A stretch of 64,000 nt of DNA from Oligoflexales bacterium (GTDB lineage Bacteria; Bdellovibrionota_B; Oligoflexia; Oligoflexales; Bog-1112): NCBI GenBank assembly GCA_017985985.1, contig JAGNWK010000004.1, positions 2,320-66,319 on the forward strand, given 5' to 3'. The translations under genes and the position numbers were made by a program. This document shows positions 26,431-35,268 of this stretch, piece by piece; position 1 is the first letter of the stretch; every line of letters begins with the position of its first letter. Under the pieces are notes generated by a model, which saw only the letters and a program-made list of their open reading frames with translations, ran no database searches and was not told where the DNA came from.

Positions 26431-28322
26431 CGAATCTTTTATCACACCCGCTGATGGCCATGGCACTCCTGCTTGGTATCCTTATCTTCGTGCATGAACT
26501 CGGTCATTTTCTGGTCGGCCGTTTTTTTGGCATAGGTGTCGAAATTTTTTCGCTGGGCTTTGGCCCAAGTTTGTTTAGTTTTAGATACAAAAATACCGAG
26601 TATCGACTTTCTGCCTTGCCTCTCGGTGGTTTTGTCAAGTTTGCAGGGAGCCTACCTTCTGAGCCGGTTGATCCCATCTATACCGGTCAGGAATTTCACC
26701 TGGCTCCGTGGTATGCAAAAATAGCAACCATAGCAGCGGGACCTCTTGCTAACTTTTTACTTACCATTTCGATCTATGCCTGCCTCGGGATGCAGGGGAT
26801 CGAACACCCTGCTCCCATTATTGGGGAGATACGTTCTCACAGCCCTGCTGAGCGGGCTGGTCTAGAGCCCGGTGATAGGGTTCTTAGCATCGATCAGCAT
26901 GTGGTTAAAAACTGGACGGATCTTCAAAAATTCATTCAGGAAGCGACTTCTCCTCGTATTCATCTCGTGGTTTCTCGAAGTGCTGGGATCCCTATCCCGC
27001 AGGAAAGTTCGAGAGAAAAATCAGCAGATGAGAAGATTATCGAGATTGATCTCAACCTTGATCTTGTCGATCTTGAAGATTTCGCAGGTCGATCTGTGAA
27101 ACGTGGACGAGCAGGGGTTGCGTTCGGTTTTCTTCCTCCAGTCCTGACGGTTTTAGCTGGCTCCAACCCAGCCTCTCTTGCGGGACTCAGGACAGGGGAG
27201 GAGATCGTCTCGATAAGAGTTCTCGACCCAGATCAAAGACAAGAGGCTGTTAGCCCCAAGACTTTCGATATCAAGACTTTCGATATCAAGACATGGGCAG
27301 ATGCTCTCCGTGCGTTTGATTTTGCCTTCCATAATAACGCAGATCAAGTGGAGTTGCGCGTCTCTGAGGCCGCTGTTCCTGCTGATAAAGTTGCTCTTTC
27401 TGAGAAGAACCTCTCCCCCAAGGAGACTCAGGTTCGTGTTCTGAAGCAGCTAAGGGCTGTATGGAGTCCACTTAGACAGGACTTTGATGTACATAAAAAG
27501 CCTGCTCCCCATTCTTTGCGTCGCCAACTCGCAGCAAGTCTCGGTCTGACAAGTAGTGAACTTACGGTTGCGGAAACACCCAAAGGAAAGTTAGATACGT
27601 CCACTTCTAATCAATCTTCCCCAGATAAGCCGGGTGTACAAAAAAGAGATCAACTGCTGCAGATGGATGGCAAAGACCTGGTGGATGTCTACGATCTGAT
27701 GGAGAGACTCAGTACAAATCAAAAACCCGTCCTTGCTTTCACTGTACAGCGAGAAGGTCTTACCCAAAATTTAGACCTAGCTCTTGTTCCTGTGGATCTC
27801 CAAAAACCTTCGGGGAAGCAAACAGTGTACACGCTTGACGCTAAGCTTTGGGGGCCAGCGATTTTTCCAAGTCCTATTTTGGAAATCTATGAAAGCCCAG
27901 TGGCAGCCCTCTCGTTTGCCACTCGAACGACAGGTGAACAGACTTTTGCCCTGCTTGATGTGCTCAGAGGGCTCTTTACGGGTCAGGTTCCACTCCAGTC
28001 TTTGGGTGGTCCGATGTTGATTGCCAAAGTCGCTGGGGATTCTGCCAAACTTGGCGGCAAGGCCTTCCTCATGGCGATGGCCCTAATCAGTCTTAACCTA
28101 GGGGTCATGAACCTGTTTCCGATCCCTGCTCTCGACGGAGGTCAACTGCTTATTCAGCTTTTCCAAGCAGTAAGAAGACGGGCTTTGAGTGAAGCAGCTC
28201 TGGAAAACTTTCAACGTCTTGGCTTTGCTCTACTCCTTGCGCTCGTTGTTCTTGCAACATACAACGATCTCAGTCGCTTTTGGTCCTCTATGCTGGGTGA
28301 ATTAAAAGGTGTTTTCGGATGA
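26427..28322 (+). CDS. rseP: RIP metalloprotease RseP (M50 site-2 protease), enlarged periplasmic region
   Basis: Has HELGHFLVGR (HExxH) in the first TM helix, PDZ-like GLEPGDRVLSID, and C-terminal NLFPIPALDGG. 631 aa. Start is TTG at 26427 (overlapping the cdsA stop) or ATG at 26454. Confidence 0.88.
   Translation: MTNLLSHPLMAMALLLGILIFVHELGHFLVGRFFGIGVEIFSLGFGPSLFSFRYKNTEYRLSALPLGGFVKFAGSLPSEPVDPIYTGQEFHLAPWYAKIATIAAGPLANFLLTISIYACLGMQGIEHPAPIIGEIRSHSPAERAGLEPGDRVLSIDQHVVKNWTDLQKFIQEATSPRIHLVVSRSAGIPIPQESSREKSADEKIIEIDLNLDLVDLEDFAGRSVKRGRAGVAFGFLPPVLTVLAGSNPASLAGLRTGEEIVSIRVLDPDQRQEAVSPKTFDIKTFDIKTWADALRAFDFAFHNNADQVELRVSEAAVPADKVALSEKNLSPKETQVRVLKQLRAVWSPLRQDFDVHKKPAPHSLRRQLAASLGLTSSELTVAETPKGKLDTSTSNQSSPDKPGVQKRDQLLQMDGKDLVDVYDLMERLSTNQKPVLAFTVQREGLTQNLDLALVPVDLQKPSGKQTVYTLDAKLWGPAIFPSPILEIYESPVAALSFATRTTGEQTFALLDVLRGLFTGQVPLQSLGGPMLIAKVAGDSAKLGGKAFLMAMALISLNLGVMNLFPIPALDGGQLLIQLFQAVRRRALSEAALENFQRLGFALLLALVVLATYNDLSRFWSSMLGELKGVFG
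27258..27287 (+). repeat. Perfect 15-bp tandem duplication inside rseP
   Basis: AAGACTTTCGATATC occurs twice, giving KTFDIKTFDI in the protein. Confidence 0.9.
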
Positions 28323-29269
28323 GTCCATCACTCTGCTTGATCATCGATGGAAGCGTATCTGGGATCAGCCTTGCGCTTATTTTAAGTGACGAGATCTGGG
28401 CTCCATCTATGCGTTCGTTAGGTCGAGGAGCCGTAGGCGACGAAGCTGCTTCCACAGAGAACCTGCTTCGTTCTGCTCCAACCGGGTCATTGCGAGGAGC
28501 CGTAGGCGACGAAGCAATCTCGCCTTTAAATGGAGATTGCTTCGCTGTGCTCGCAATGACGGCGTTCTGTCATGAAGACTTGGATGGGTTGGTTTGCAAT
28601 GACGGAAACTTGGTTCACTCTAAAAACTTAGCTCATCCTAAAAGCAAGGCTTGGCAGGCTGTCGGCCGTGCCTATGAGGGCTCCAAGGATTTGTCTTCAC
28701 TGGTTGCGGAGGGGCTTGCTAGCTTTGGAGCCCAGATGCAAGATATCCGTTATATGCTTATTTCCTGTGGGCCAGGTTCGTTCACGGGGATTAAAATAGC
28801 GCTGTCTTGGGCTCAAGGGGTTTATCTTGCGAATAAGCACAAGATAGCTGTTTTTTCCTATTCCGCCCTTGCTGAAACTTTGGCTGAAATCCGGCGACGG
28901 GGTCTTGTCGAGGAGGACGCTCTTTTGATGTTCCCTTCTACAAGAAAGTCTGGCTTTCTTGCGTTTTTTAAGGCCAGTGCTTATGAGCTTGATACCATCG
29001 AACTGTCAGATGCCGAGGAAGTCCACAAAAAGCTGGCTCCCTTCAGTTCTTTTGTAATCGTTGGCCCTTGGATGGAGGCATCTGCGCTTCTCAGTCAGCT
29101 TGCTCCAAAGCCGATCCAACAGCTAGAAATTCCGTTAACCGAATTTAGTCGAATGGCACTAGAAGGAGCTTTTTCCTTGCTCAGAAATTTGGGTCCAGGA
29201 GTTTTTGATTCTACTTTCCCAAGCCCTCTCTATTTGAAAAAATCAGCCGCCGAAATGAGGATAAAATGA
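28319..29269 (+). CDS. tsaB: tRNA t6A37 biosynthesis protein TsaB (YeaZ), carrying an in-frame repeat-element insertion
   Basis: Has the N-terminal LCLIIDGSVSGISLAL strand, then GPGSFTGIKIALSWAQG. At 316 aa it is about 85 aa longer than E. coli TsaB as I recall it. The ATG overlaps the rseP stop. Confidence 0.8.
   Translation: MSPSLCLIIDGSVSGISLALILSDEIWAPSMRSLGRGAVGDEAASTENLLRSAPTGSLRGAVGDEAISPLNGDCFAVLAMTAFCHEDLDGLVCNDGNLVHSKNLAHPKSKAWQAVGRAYEGSKDLSSLVAEGLASFGAQMQDIRYMLISCGPGSFTGIKIALSWAQGVYLANKHKIAVFSYSALAETLAEIRRRGLVEEDALLMFPSTRKSGFLAFFKASAYELDTIELSDAEEVHKKLAPFSSFVIVGPWMEASALLSQLAPKPIQQLEIPLTEFSRMALEGAFSLLRNLGPGVFDSTFPSPLYLKKSAAEMRIK
28415..28592. mobile_element. Family C palindromic element, copy C2, inserted in frame within tsaB
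   Basis: Shares GTCATTGCGAGGAGCCGTAGGCGACGAAGCAATCT, GGAGATTGCTTCGCT and CATGAAGACTTGGATGGGTTGG with C1 (4837..4972). A partial duplicate of the first arm lies at 28421..28446. Confidence 0.75.
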
Positions 29270-30105
29270 TATCAAGAGTCAAAGGCATAGCCCCTACTCG
29301 AACAACTCTGGGCTACATGCTCCCTAATCTTCTGACGACCGGTAATCTTTTTTTTGGTTATTATTCGATTATTAAATCCATGCAGGGTGATTTTACATGG
29401 GCAGCTGGAGCTATCTTTTTATCGAGTATCTTTGACGTCCTCGATGGCAGAGTCGCGCGACTCACTCGCACGATGAGCGAATTTGGAGTTCAGTATGATT
29501 CCCTTTGCGATCTGGTCTCCTTTGGGGTGGCTCCAGCCCTTCTCATGTATCAGTACTCCTTGCGTGATTTTGGTCGAATGGGTTGGATTTTCTGTTTTAT
29601 CTTCACGGCCTGTGGAGCCCTGCGATTAGCAAGATTCAATGTCTTGAGCGCTAAGGGGAAGACAAGCGAAGACTTTATCGGCCTGCCAATCCCCATGGCG
29701 GCAGGGACGGTTGCTAGTTTTGTTGCTTTCACTTGCGATAAAGGGAGCAGACTGGAGGGGCAGACTTGGCTCATCAGTTTTATTTATGAATTTCTTTCAG
29801 ACAAGACCGTTATTTCTTATGTTTTTCTGGTGCTAGCTCCCTGCCTAGCTTTTCTCATGATCAGTAATATTCGCTACCGCTCCTTCAAAAATACGGATAT
29901 TAAGGGGGTCAAGCCTTTTAGGGTGCTTGCCTTACTTGTCGTTCTCATCGCTCTGACGGCCTATAAGCCCGATCTTGTGAGTATGGTTCTCTTTTTCTCT
30001 TTCGCGCTCAGCGGGATTCTGGAATGGACTCTAGGGTGGGAGAGCCTTGTCGATGATGACGAAGTTTTCGAATCAGAATCTTTTGAAGAGGGAAATCATC
30101 AGTGA
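29266..30105 (+). CDS. pssA: CDP-diacylglycerol--serine O-phosphatidyltransferase
   Basis: Has the CDP-alcohol phosphatidyltransferase motif DGRVAR........G...DSLCDLVSFGVAPA. ATGA overlap with tsaB. Confidence 0.88.
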   Translation: MISRVKGIAPTRTTLGYMLPNLLTTGNLFFGYYSIIKSMQGDFTWAAGAIFLSSIFDVLDGRVARLTRTMSEFGVQYDSLCDLVSFGVAPALLMYQYSLRDFGRMGWIFCFIFTACGALRLARFNVLSAKGKTSEDFIGLPIPMAAGTVASFVAFTCDKGSRLEGQTWLISFIYEFLSDKTVISYVFLVLAPCLAFLMISNIRYRSFKNTDIKGVKPFRVLALLVVLIALTAYKPDLVSMVLFFSFALSGILEWTLGWESLVDDDEVFESESFEEGNHQ

Positions 30106-31124
30106 AAATAGCTGTTGTTGGTGCTAGTGGTGCTGTAGGTAGGGAAATTCTAGCTGAGCTCGAAGAGTCTGCGCTTGTCCCGAAAACTGCGGAAGTCATC
30201 GCACTGGCTTCCCCTCGTTCTGATGGGGAAAGATTGAAATTTAGAGGAAAAACACTGACTGTACGGGCTTTTCAACTGGAAGCTGTACAGGGTTGTAGTT
30301 TTGTCCTTATGAGTGCAGGTAAAGAGTTCTCCAAAGAGTGGTCTCCGAAAATTGCTCAACTCGGTGCTTATGTTATCGATAACAGCAGTGCCTGGCGTTC
30401 TCATCGAGATATTCCGTTGGTTGTTCCCGAAGTCAATCAAGAGGTCTTGAAGGGCTATAAACCAGGTATTATTGCTAATCCCAACTGTTCAACGATACAG
30501 ATGGTGGTGGCTCTCGACCCACTGAAGAAAGCTTATGGTCTTGAAATGGTCCAAGTCGCTACTTATCAGTCTGTTTCCGGCTCAGGGCAGAAGGGGATTA
30601 CCGAGCTTTCGGAGGGGATGAAAGCGAGCTTTAAATTTGAGCGGGCAGTCCCGAGTCTCTATGAACATCCCATTGCCTTTAATCTCATTCCCTACATTGG
30701 TTCTATCGATGACGTAACTGGGTACTGTGAAGAAGAGCTAAAGATGATCCAAGAAACTCGTAAGATTTTGTCGGATGAGGACCTCCCAGTTCTTCCGACG
30801 ACCGTACGGGTTCCTGTCTTTCATTGTCATGCTGAAGCTGTGACAGTAAAGCTTTCCTGTCCTGTGAGTCGAGAAGAGCTCATAGCAAGACTGTCCCAAA
30901 GCAAAGGACTTAGCTTCGTTGCAGACTCCGAGCGTTTAAACTTCCCCAACCCACTGACCATAGCCCAAAAAAGTGGGGTTTATGTTTGTCGAGCGCGACT
31001 GCTGCAGACCGCTGATGGCAAACAGCGTTCGGACTGGGTTCAATTTTGGAATGTTGCTGATAATTTAAAGAAGGGCGCAGCTACCAACGCCGTTCAAATT
31101 TTGGAGTCCCTACTGTCGTTATAG
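30102..31124 (+). CDS. asd: Aspartate-semialdehyde dehydrogenase
   Basis: Has MKIAVVGASGAVG and the active-site block IANPNCSTI. 340 aa. The GTG start overlaps the pssA stop. Confidence 0.9.
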   Translation: MKIAVVGASGAVGREILAELEESALVPKTAEVIALASPRSDGERLKFRGKTLTVRAFQLEAVQGCSFVLMSAGKEFSKEWSPKIAQLGAYVIDNSSAWRSHRDIPLVVPEVNQEVLKGYKPGIIANPNCSTIQMVVALDPLKKAYGLEMVQVATYQSVSGSGQKGITELSEGMKASFKFERAVPSLYEHPIAFNLIPYIGSIDDVTGYCEEELKMIQETRKILSDEDLPVLPTTVRVPVFHCHAEAVTVKLSCPVSREELIARLSQSKGLSFVADSERLNFPNPLTIAQKSGVYVCRARLLQTADGKQRSDWVQFWNVADNLKKGAATNAVQILESLLSL

Positions 31125-31201
31125 CAACTCTAAGTTGCAACATGGGTTAGGCGAAAGTACGCAGCTGGCTCTCCTAAAAACTTATTTATTGGAGTAAACA
31201 G

Positions 31202-32053
31202 ATGAGAAAAGAAATGCTGAGAGCTTGGGTGTTTATACTCACTCTTCTGGGTGCAGCCCCTATATTTGCTGAGGGTCAGGAACCCCCTATCAGCACTGAG
31301 CAAGGACCAAACCCAGTCGAAGCAGAGCGGGGGCTGATTCAAACAACAGATCCTCTACCTATAGCTCAGGCTCCTGCGGCCCAGACACAATGGACTCACT
31401 TTGGTGATTATGTTTTCGGTTTTTCCCTTGCCAAACCAGAGTTCCAGGCTCCGTTAAAATACTATGATCAACTTTACGGGAATACATCTTGGTATCCCAT
31501 GGTTAGTTTTGAGAAGCGAATCGTCGACCTCTCTCTCGTTGGTCTTTATTGGGGAACTCGTTTTGCTTGGTATAAAGACAAAGGAACGACAGCAGAAAAG
31601 TTGAATCTGCGACTTCTGCCAGATGAACTTGCTCTAGACAGTTTAACAGCCAATCTCACCCTTGTTCCCATCCAGTTCTTTGTTAGTAGTCATATCTCAC
31701 CTTTTGCTGCAAAATACTTGAAAGTTTCAGGTGAGTTTGGGTATGAAGAACTCTATTTCGAAGAGACCAGGGCAGGGCGTCAGTCAGATGTAAAACCTTA
31801 CGTCAATTCAGGGTGGCATGGCAGCTGGGTCTACGGTGGTGCGCTCCATATCTCTCTTACTGGTATTGAGCATGCCAGTATGTATTCTCTTTCACGCAGC
31901 TTTGGCATAGAGCAAACTTATCTCACTCTTTTCTTTCAAGGGACCACTTCTATAAGTGGAGATAAGCTTTACTTGTCTCAGAAGAAGAATAGTACTGTAG
32001 CGTTTAATCGGACTGTTCTCGGAGCCTCCTTCCTCTTTGAAACGAAGCCTTAG
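31202..32053 (+). CDS. Secreted hypothetical protein, probably an outer-membrane beta-barrel
   Basis: Signal peptide (LTLLGAAPIFAEG) and an alternating amphipathic strand pattern. GGAG lies 7 nt upstream of the ATG. Confidence 0.5.
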   Translation: MRKEMLRAWVFILTLLGAAPIFAEGQEPPISTEQGPNPVEAERGLIQTTDPLPIAQAPAAQTQWTHFGDYVFGFSLAKPEFQAPLKYYDQLYGNTSWYPMVSFEKRIVDLSLVGLYWGTRFAWYKDKGTTAEKLNLRLLPDELALDSLTANLTLVPIQFFVSSHISPFAAKYLKVSGEFGYEELYFEETRAGRQSDVKPYVNSGWHGSWVYGGALHISLTGIEHASMYSLSRSFGIEQTYLTLFFQGTTSISGDKLYLSQKKNSTVAFNRTVLGASFLFETKP

Positions 32054-32073
32054 CAGCTTACTTGAGAATTCTG

Positions 32074-32892
32074 ATGGCTAAAGTTAAAGTTGATGGTCCC
32101 TTGTACAAAGCTTGTGTGGCTTATAAGGGCACCCTTTTCAAAGGGTTTCAATCCCAGCCTGATGGCAATGCTATCCAGGATAAGCTTGAAGAGGCCCTAC
32201 AAATCTTTCTGCGTCACCCGGTCAGGATTCGCGGCGCTTCGCGCACAGACACCGGGGTGCACGCTGAACACCAGGTCTTCACTTTCAGAAGTCCGGTTAA
32301 GTTTAGACAGATACCCTGGCTGCGCTCTTTGGAAGCCCTCCTGCCGAAGGATATAGGGGTTTGGGGTGTTGAGGCTGTCGATGATCGTTTCAACCCTATT
32401 GTCGATAGCAAAGCTAAAGCCTACCGCTACCAACTTTGGCTTGGCTACTGCTTCAGCCCTTTTCTGAAAGATTTTGTTTGGAGCCTTCCTGACGACTTAG
32501 ATGTAGAATGGATAAGAGATCAGGCTCGTAGTCTGATAGGCACACATGACTTCACCTCCTTTTGCAATAGAGACTCAGATGCCTTGTCTAAAATAAGGAC
32601 GGTGATCGATATTCACGTCGACGTGGAACGGTTTCCCCTGATCTCGATCTGGTTCCTAGGTACCGGCTTTTTAAAGCAGATGGTTCGCATCATGGTGGGA
32701 ACTTTGGTCAACGGAGCTCAAAGAAAACCACTTGTGATCGACGAAATTTTGAAGAAACAAGATCGTTGTGCAGCGGGCCAAACGGCGCCAGCCCAGGGCC
32801 TCTCCCTCATGAAAATTTTTTATGAGGAAGAAATCCCTACACTCATAGAGCTCAGCAAGACCTATGACCGAAGCATCAAAACAAGCCTCTGA
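32074..32892 (+). CDS. truA: tRNA pseudouridine(38-40) synthase
   Basis: Has GASRTDTGVHAEHQV with the catalytic Asp. I took the ATG at 32074; the ORF is open from a TTG at 32062. Confidence 0.88.
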   Translation: MAKVKVDGPLYKACVAYKGTLFKGFQSQPDGNAIQDKLEEALQIFLRHPVRIRGASRTDTGVHAEHQVFTFRSPVKFRQIPWLRSLEALLPKDIGVWGVEAVDDRFNPIVDSKAKAYRYQLWLGYCFSPFLKDFVWSLPDDLDVEWIRDQARSLIGTHDFTSFCNRDSDALSKIRTVIDIHVDVERFPLISIWFLGTGFLKQMVRIMVGTLVNGAQRKPLVIDEILKKQDRCAAGQTAPAQGLSLMKIFYEEEIPTLIELSKTYDRSIKTSL

Positions 32893-33901
32893 AGAACTAG
32901 CCCTGATCGAACTTAGAGGTTTGCAAAAATATTTTCCTCTCTCTGATTATTCTTCTGTTTTACCTTGGAAAAAAAAACCCGTTCTTCGAGCAGTCGATTC
33001 CGTCAACCTCAAAATCAGGAGAGGAGAAACGGTCGGACTTGTCGGTGAATCTGGCTGTGGTAAGTCTACGCTGGGAAGAACCCTGCTCAAGCTTTACGAG
33101 CCCTCAGGTGGACAAATTCTCTTTCGAGGAGAAGATATCACCTTTCTGTCAGAAGCGAAGATGCGCCCCAAAAGGCGCCATATGCAGTTGATTTTTCAAG
33201 ATCCCTACTCATCCCTCAACCCGAGGATGACGGTGGGGGAGATTCTCTCTGAGCCATTTTTTATTCATGGTTTGGCTAAGGAAAATCCCAAAGAGCGAGT
33301 TCAAAATCTTCTCCATGAGGTAGGTTTGAACCCCGAGTCTTACTCTCGTTATCCACATGAATTTTCTGGAGGGCAGAGGCAGAGGATCGGGATAGCTCGA
33401 TCTATAGCCCTATCTCCAGATCTGATTGTCTGTGACGAGCCCGTGAGTGCCTTGGATGTTTCCATTCAATCTCAAATTCTAAATTTGCTCAGCGAACTTA
33501 AAGTAAAACGAGGTCTGAGCTATCTTTTTATTGCCCACGATCTGGCAGTTGTTCAGCATATCAGCGACGTCATTGCCGTTATGTACATGGGAAGAATCGT
33601 TGAGATGGCTGATCGAGATGACTTGTATGTTCATCCTATGCATCCTTACACACGAATTTTAATCGACTCGATCCCTTCTGAGTCCTTTGATCAGTATGGT
33701 CATGTGAAGAAAAGGACCATAAGTCAAATGATCGAAGCCCCTCGTAGTCAAGATCCAGAAAAATCTTGGAGTGAAGGTTGTCAATTTTTTCCTCGTTGTC
33801 CCCTTGCGACTGATCTATGTAGAACGGTAAGACCTGAACTCAAGATCCAAGGTGACGAACACCAAAAATATCCACACTCTGCAGCTTGTCATCATATCTG
33901 A
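32864..33901 (+). CDS. OppF/DppF-type ABC transporter ATP-binding protein (no cognate permease or binding protein nearby)
   Basis: Walker [10 protein letters not shown], signature FSGGQRQR, Walker [13 protein letters not shown]. The C-terminal oligopeptide-type extension has [12 protein letters not shown] and a CQFFPRCP cluster. Confidence 0.85.
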   Translation: MTEASKQASEELALIELRGLQKYFPLSDYSSVLPWKKKPVLRAVDSVNLKIRRGETVGLVGESGCGKSTLGRTLLKLYEPSGGQILFRGEDITFLSEAKMRPKRRHMQLIFQDPYSSLNPRMTVGEILSEPFFIHGLAKENPKERVQNLLHEVGLNPESYSRYPHEFSGGQRQRIGIARSIALSPDLIVCDEPVSALDVSIQSQILNLLSELKVKRGLSYLFIAHDLAVVQHISDVIAVMYMGRIVEMADRDDLYVHPMHPYTRILIDSIPSESFDQYGHVKKRTISQMIEAPRSQDPEKSWSEGCQFFPRCPLATDLCRTVRPELKIQGDEHQKYPHSAACHHI

Positions 33902-33911
33902 AGGTCCTATC

Positions 33912-34736
33912 ATGTCTGAGAACGTGCACGCTTTGAATTATGTCGATGTTCATACTCACCTTACGCATAAAGATTTTGATGCCGATAGAGATTTGGTCGT
34001 CGATAGAGCTGCAAAATCTCAGCTCAAGGCTATTATTGTAAATGGACTTTCCGCGAGTTCGAACAAACAGGTTATAGAGCTTTGTCAAAAACATTCCATT
34101 CTGAAGCCGGCGCTTGGAGTCTATCCCACAGAGGCAGCTGCTGCCGTACTTCCTCCGGACTATCCCTACTCGCTTGAGCGTTTTGATATGGAAGCGGAGT
34201 TGCAGTCTATTCGAGAGCATGCAAAAAATGGTGACCTTGTCGCTATCGGCGAGTGTGGTTTGGATGGTCATTTGTTGGGTGAAAGTACTTTTGCAGAGCA
34301 AGAGCGGGTCTTTTTACGCCTGATAGAAATCGCCTCTGAGTTTAAACTTCCGGTGATTGTTCACTCCCGAAAAAGAGAGCAGAGAACTTGCGAAATCTTG
34401 CTGCACCATGGCATCGAAAAAGTAAATATGCACTGTTTTACTGGGAAGACAAAACTGGCAGTTGACGTGGCTACTTCCCGGCAGTGGTGCTTCTCCATTC
34501 CTGCTCATATCGCTAGAAGTCATAGTTTTCAAAAGTTAAGTCGAGACCTCCCTCCAGACTGTATTTTAACTGAAACAGATGCACCTTATCTTGGCCCCGA
34601 TCCGGGCCAGAGGAATGAACCGGCTTCGGTGGTGAGAACAGTCGACAGCATCGCTAAATTACGCAAAACAGAGCCGGAAGATATGGTCCTTCTGATCTGG
34701 AAAAACTATCAAAGGATGTTTGACAACCATGAGTAA
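33912..34736 (+). CDS. tatD: TatD-family metal-dependent hydrolase
   Basis: Has VDVHTHL, IGECGLD, VIVHSR and TETDAPYL. ATG at 33912. Confidence 0.85.
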   Translation: MSENVHALNYVDVHTHLTHKDFDADRDLVVDRAAKSQLKAIIVNGLSASSNKQVIELCQKHSILKPALGVYPTEAAAAVLPPDYPYSLERFDMEAELQSIREHAKNGDLVAIGECGLDGHLLGESTFAEQERVFLRLIEIASEFKLPVIVHSRKREQRTCEILLHHGIEKVNMHCFTGKTKLAVDVATSRQWCFSIPAHIARSHSFQKLSRDLPPDCILTETDAPYLGPDPGQRNEPASVVRTVDSIAKLRKTEPEDMVLLIWKNYQRMFDNHE

Positions 34737-35187
34737 GATTCAAGAAAGTTCTGAAAAAAACTCTGGAAAAAGCGCAGGTCCTTCTCTTCAACCTGACATG
34801 GGCTTTCATGGTTCACATCTCTTTGGGGAACTGTATGGTGTCGAATTTGACTTGTTAAATAGCGAGAGTCTTCTTATCGATATACTTAGCCGTGGGGTTC
34901 AAGCCTGTGGCGCAACTCTCTGTAGTTTACAGAGTAAAAAATTCGATCCTCAAGGAGTTAGTGTTCTCGCCCTCCTCTCGGAGTCTCATGCCTCTGTCCA
35001 TAGTTTCCCTGAGAAAGGGGCTCTCTTCTTCGATATTTTCACCTGCGGACTGGGCCTTGTGCCTGAAAAATGGCTCGATGTGTTATGTGAAGAATTACGT
35101 CCTAGCTGGAAAAATGTGCGGAGAATTGAGAGAGGTGTAGATCGTCATCACCCGTCTGATCTGAAGTATTTAGGCGGTCTATCATGA
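34729..35187 (+). CDS. speD: S-adenosylmethionine decarboxylase proenzyme (small SpeH/SpeD type)
   Basis: Has LLSESHASVHSFPE, the self-processing ES site. The ATG at 34729 overlaps the tatD stop. An alternative TTG lies at 34720. Confidence 0.82.
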   Translation: MSKIQESSEKNSGKSAGPSLQPDMGFHGSHLFGELYGVEFDLLNSESLLIDILSRGVQACGATLCSLQSKKFDPQGVSVLALLSESHASVHSFPEKGALFFDIFTCGLGLVPEKWLDVLCEELRPSWKNVRRIERGVDRHHPSDLKYLGGLS

Positions 35188-35263
35188 GCGAAGCACTTAG
35201 CTTACTTGCTGATATAAATGCTAGTGCAGGGACCAGTTAGATGGCTTGTGGGAGGGGTCCTAG
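35186..35263. mobile_element. Family A element, truncated half-copy A3
   Basis: GAGCGAAGCACTTAGCTTACTTGCTG...AGATGGCTTGTGGGAGGGGTCCTAG aligns with the right half of A2. It fills the gap between convergent speD and the hydrolase gene. Confidence 0.65.
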
Positions 35264-35268
35264 TGAAA

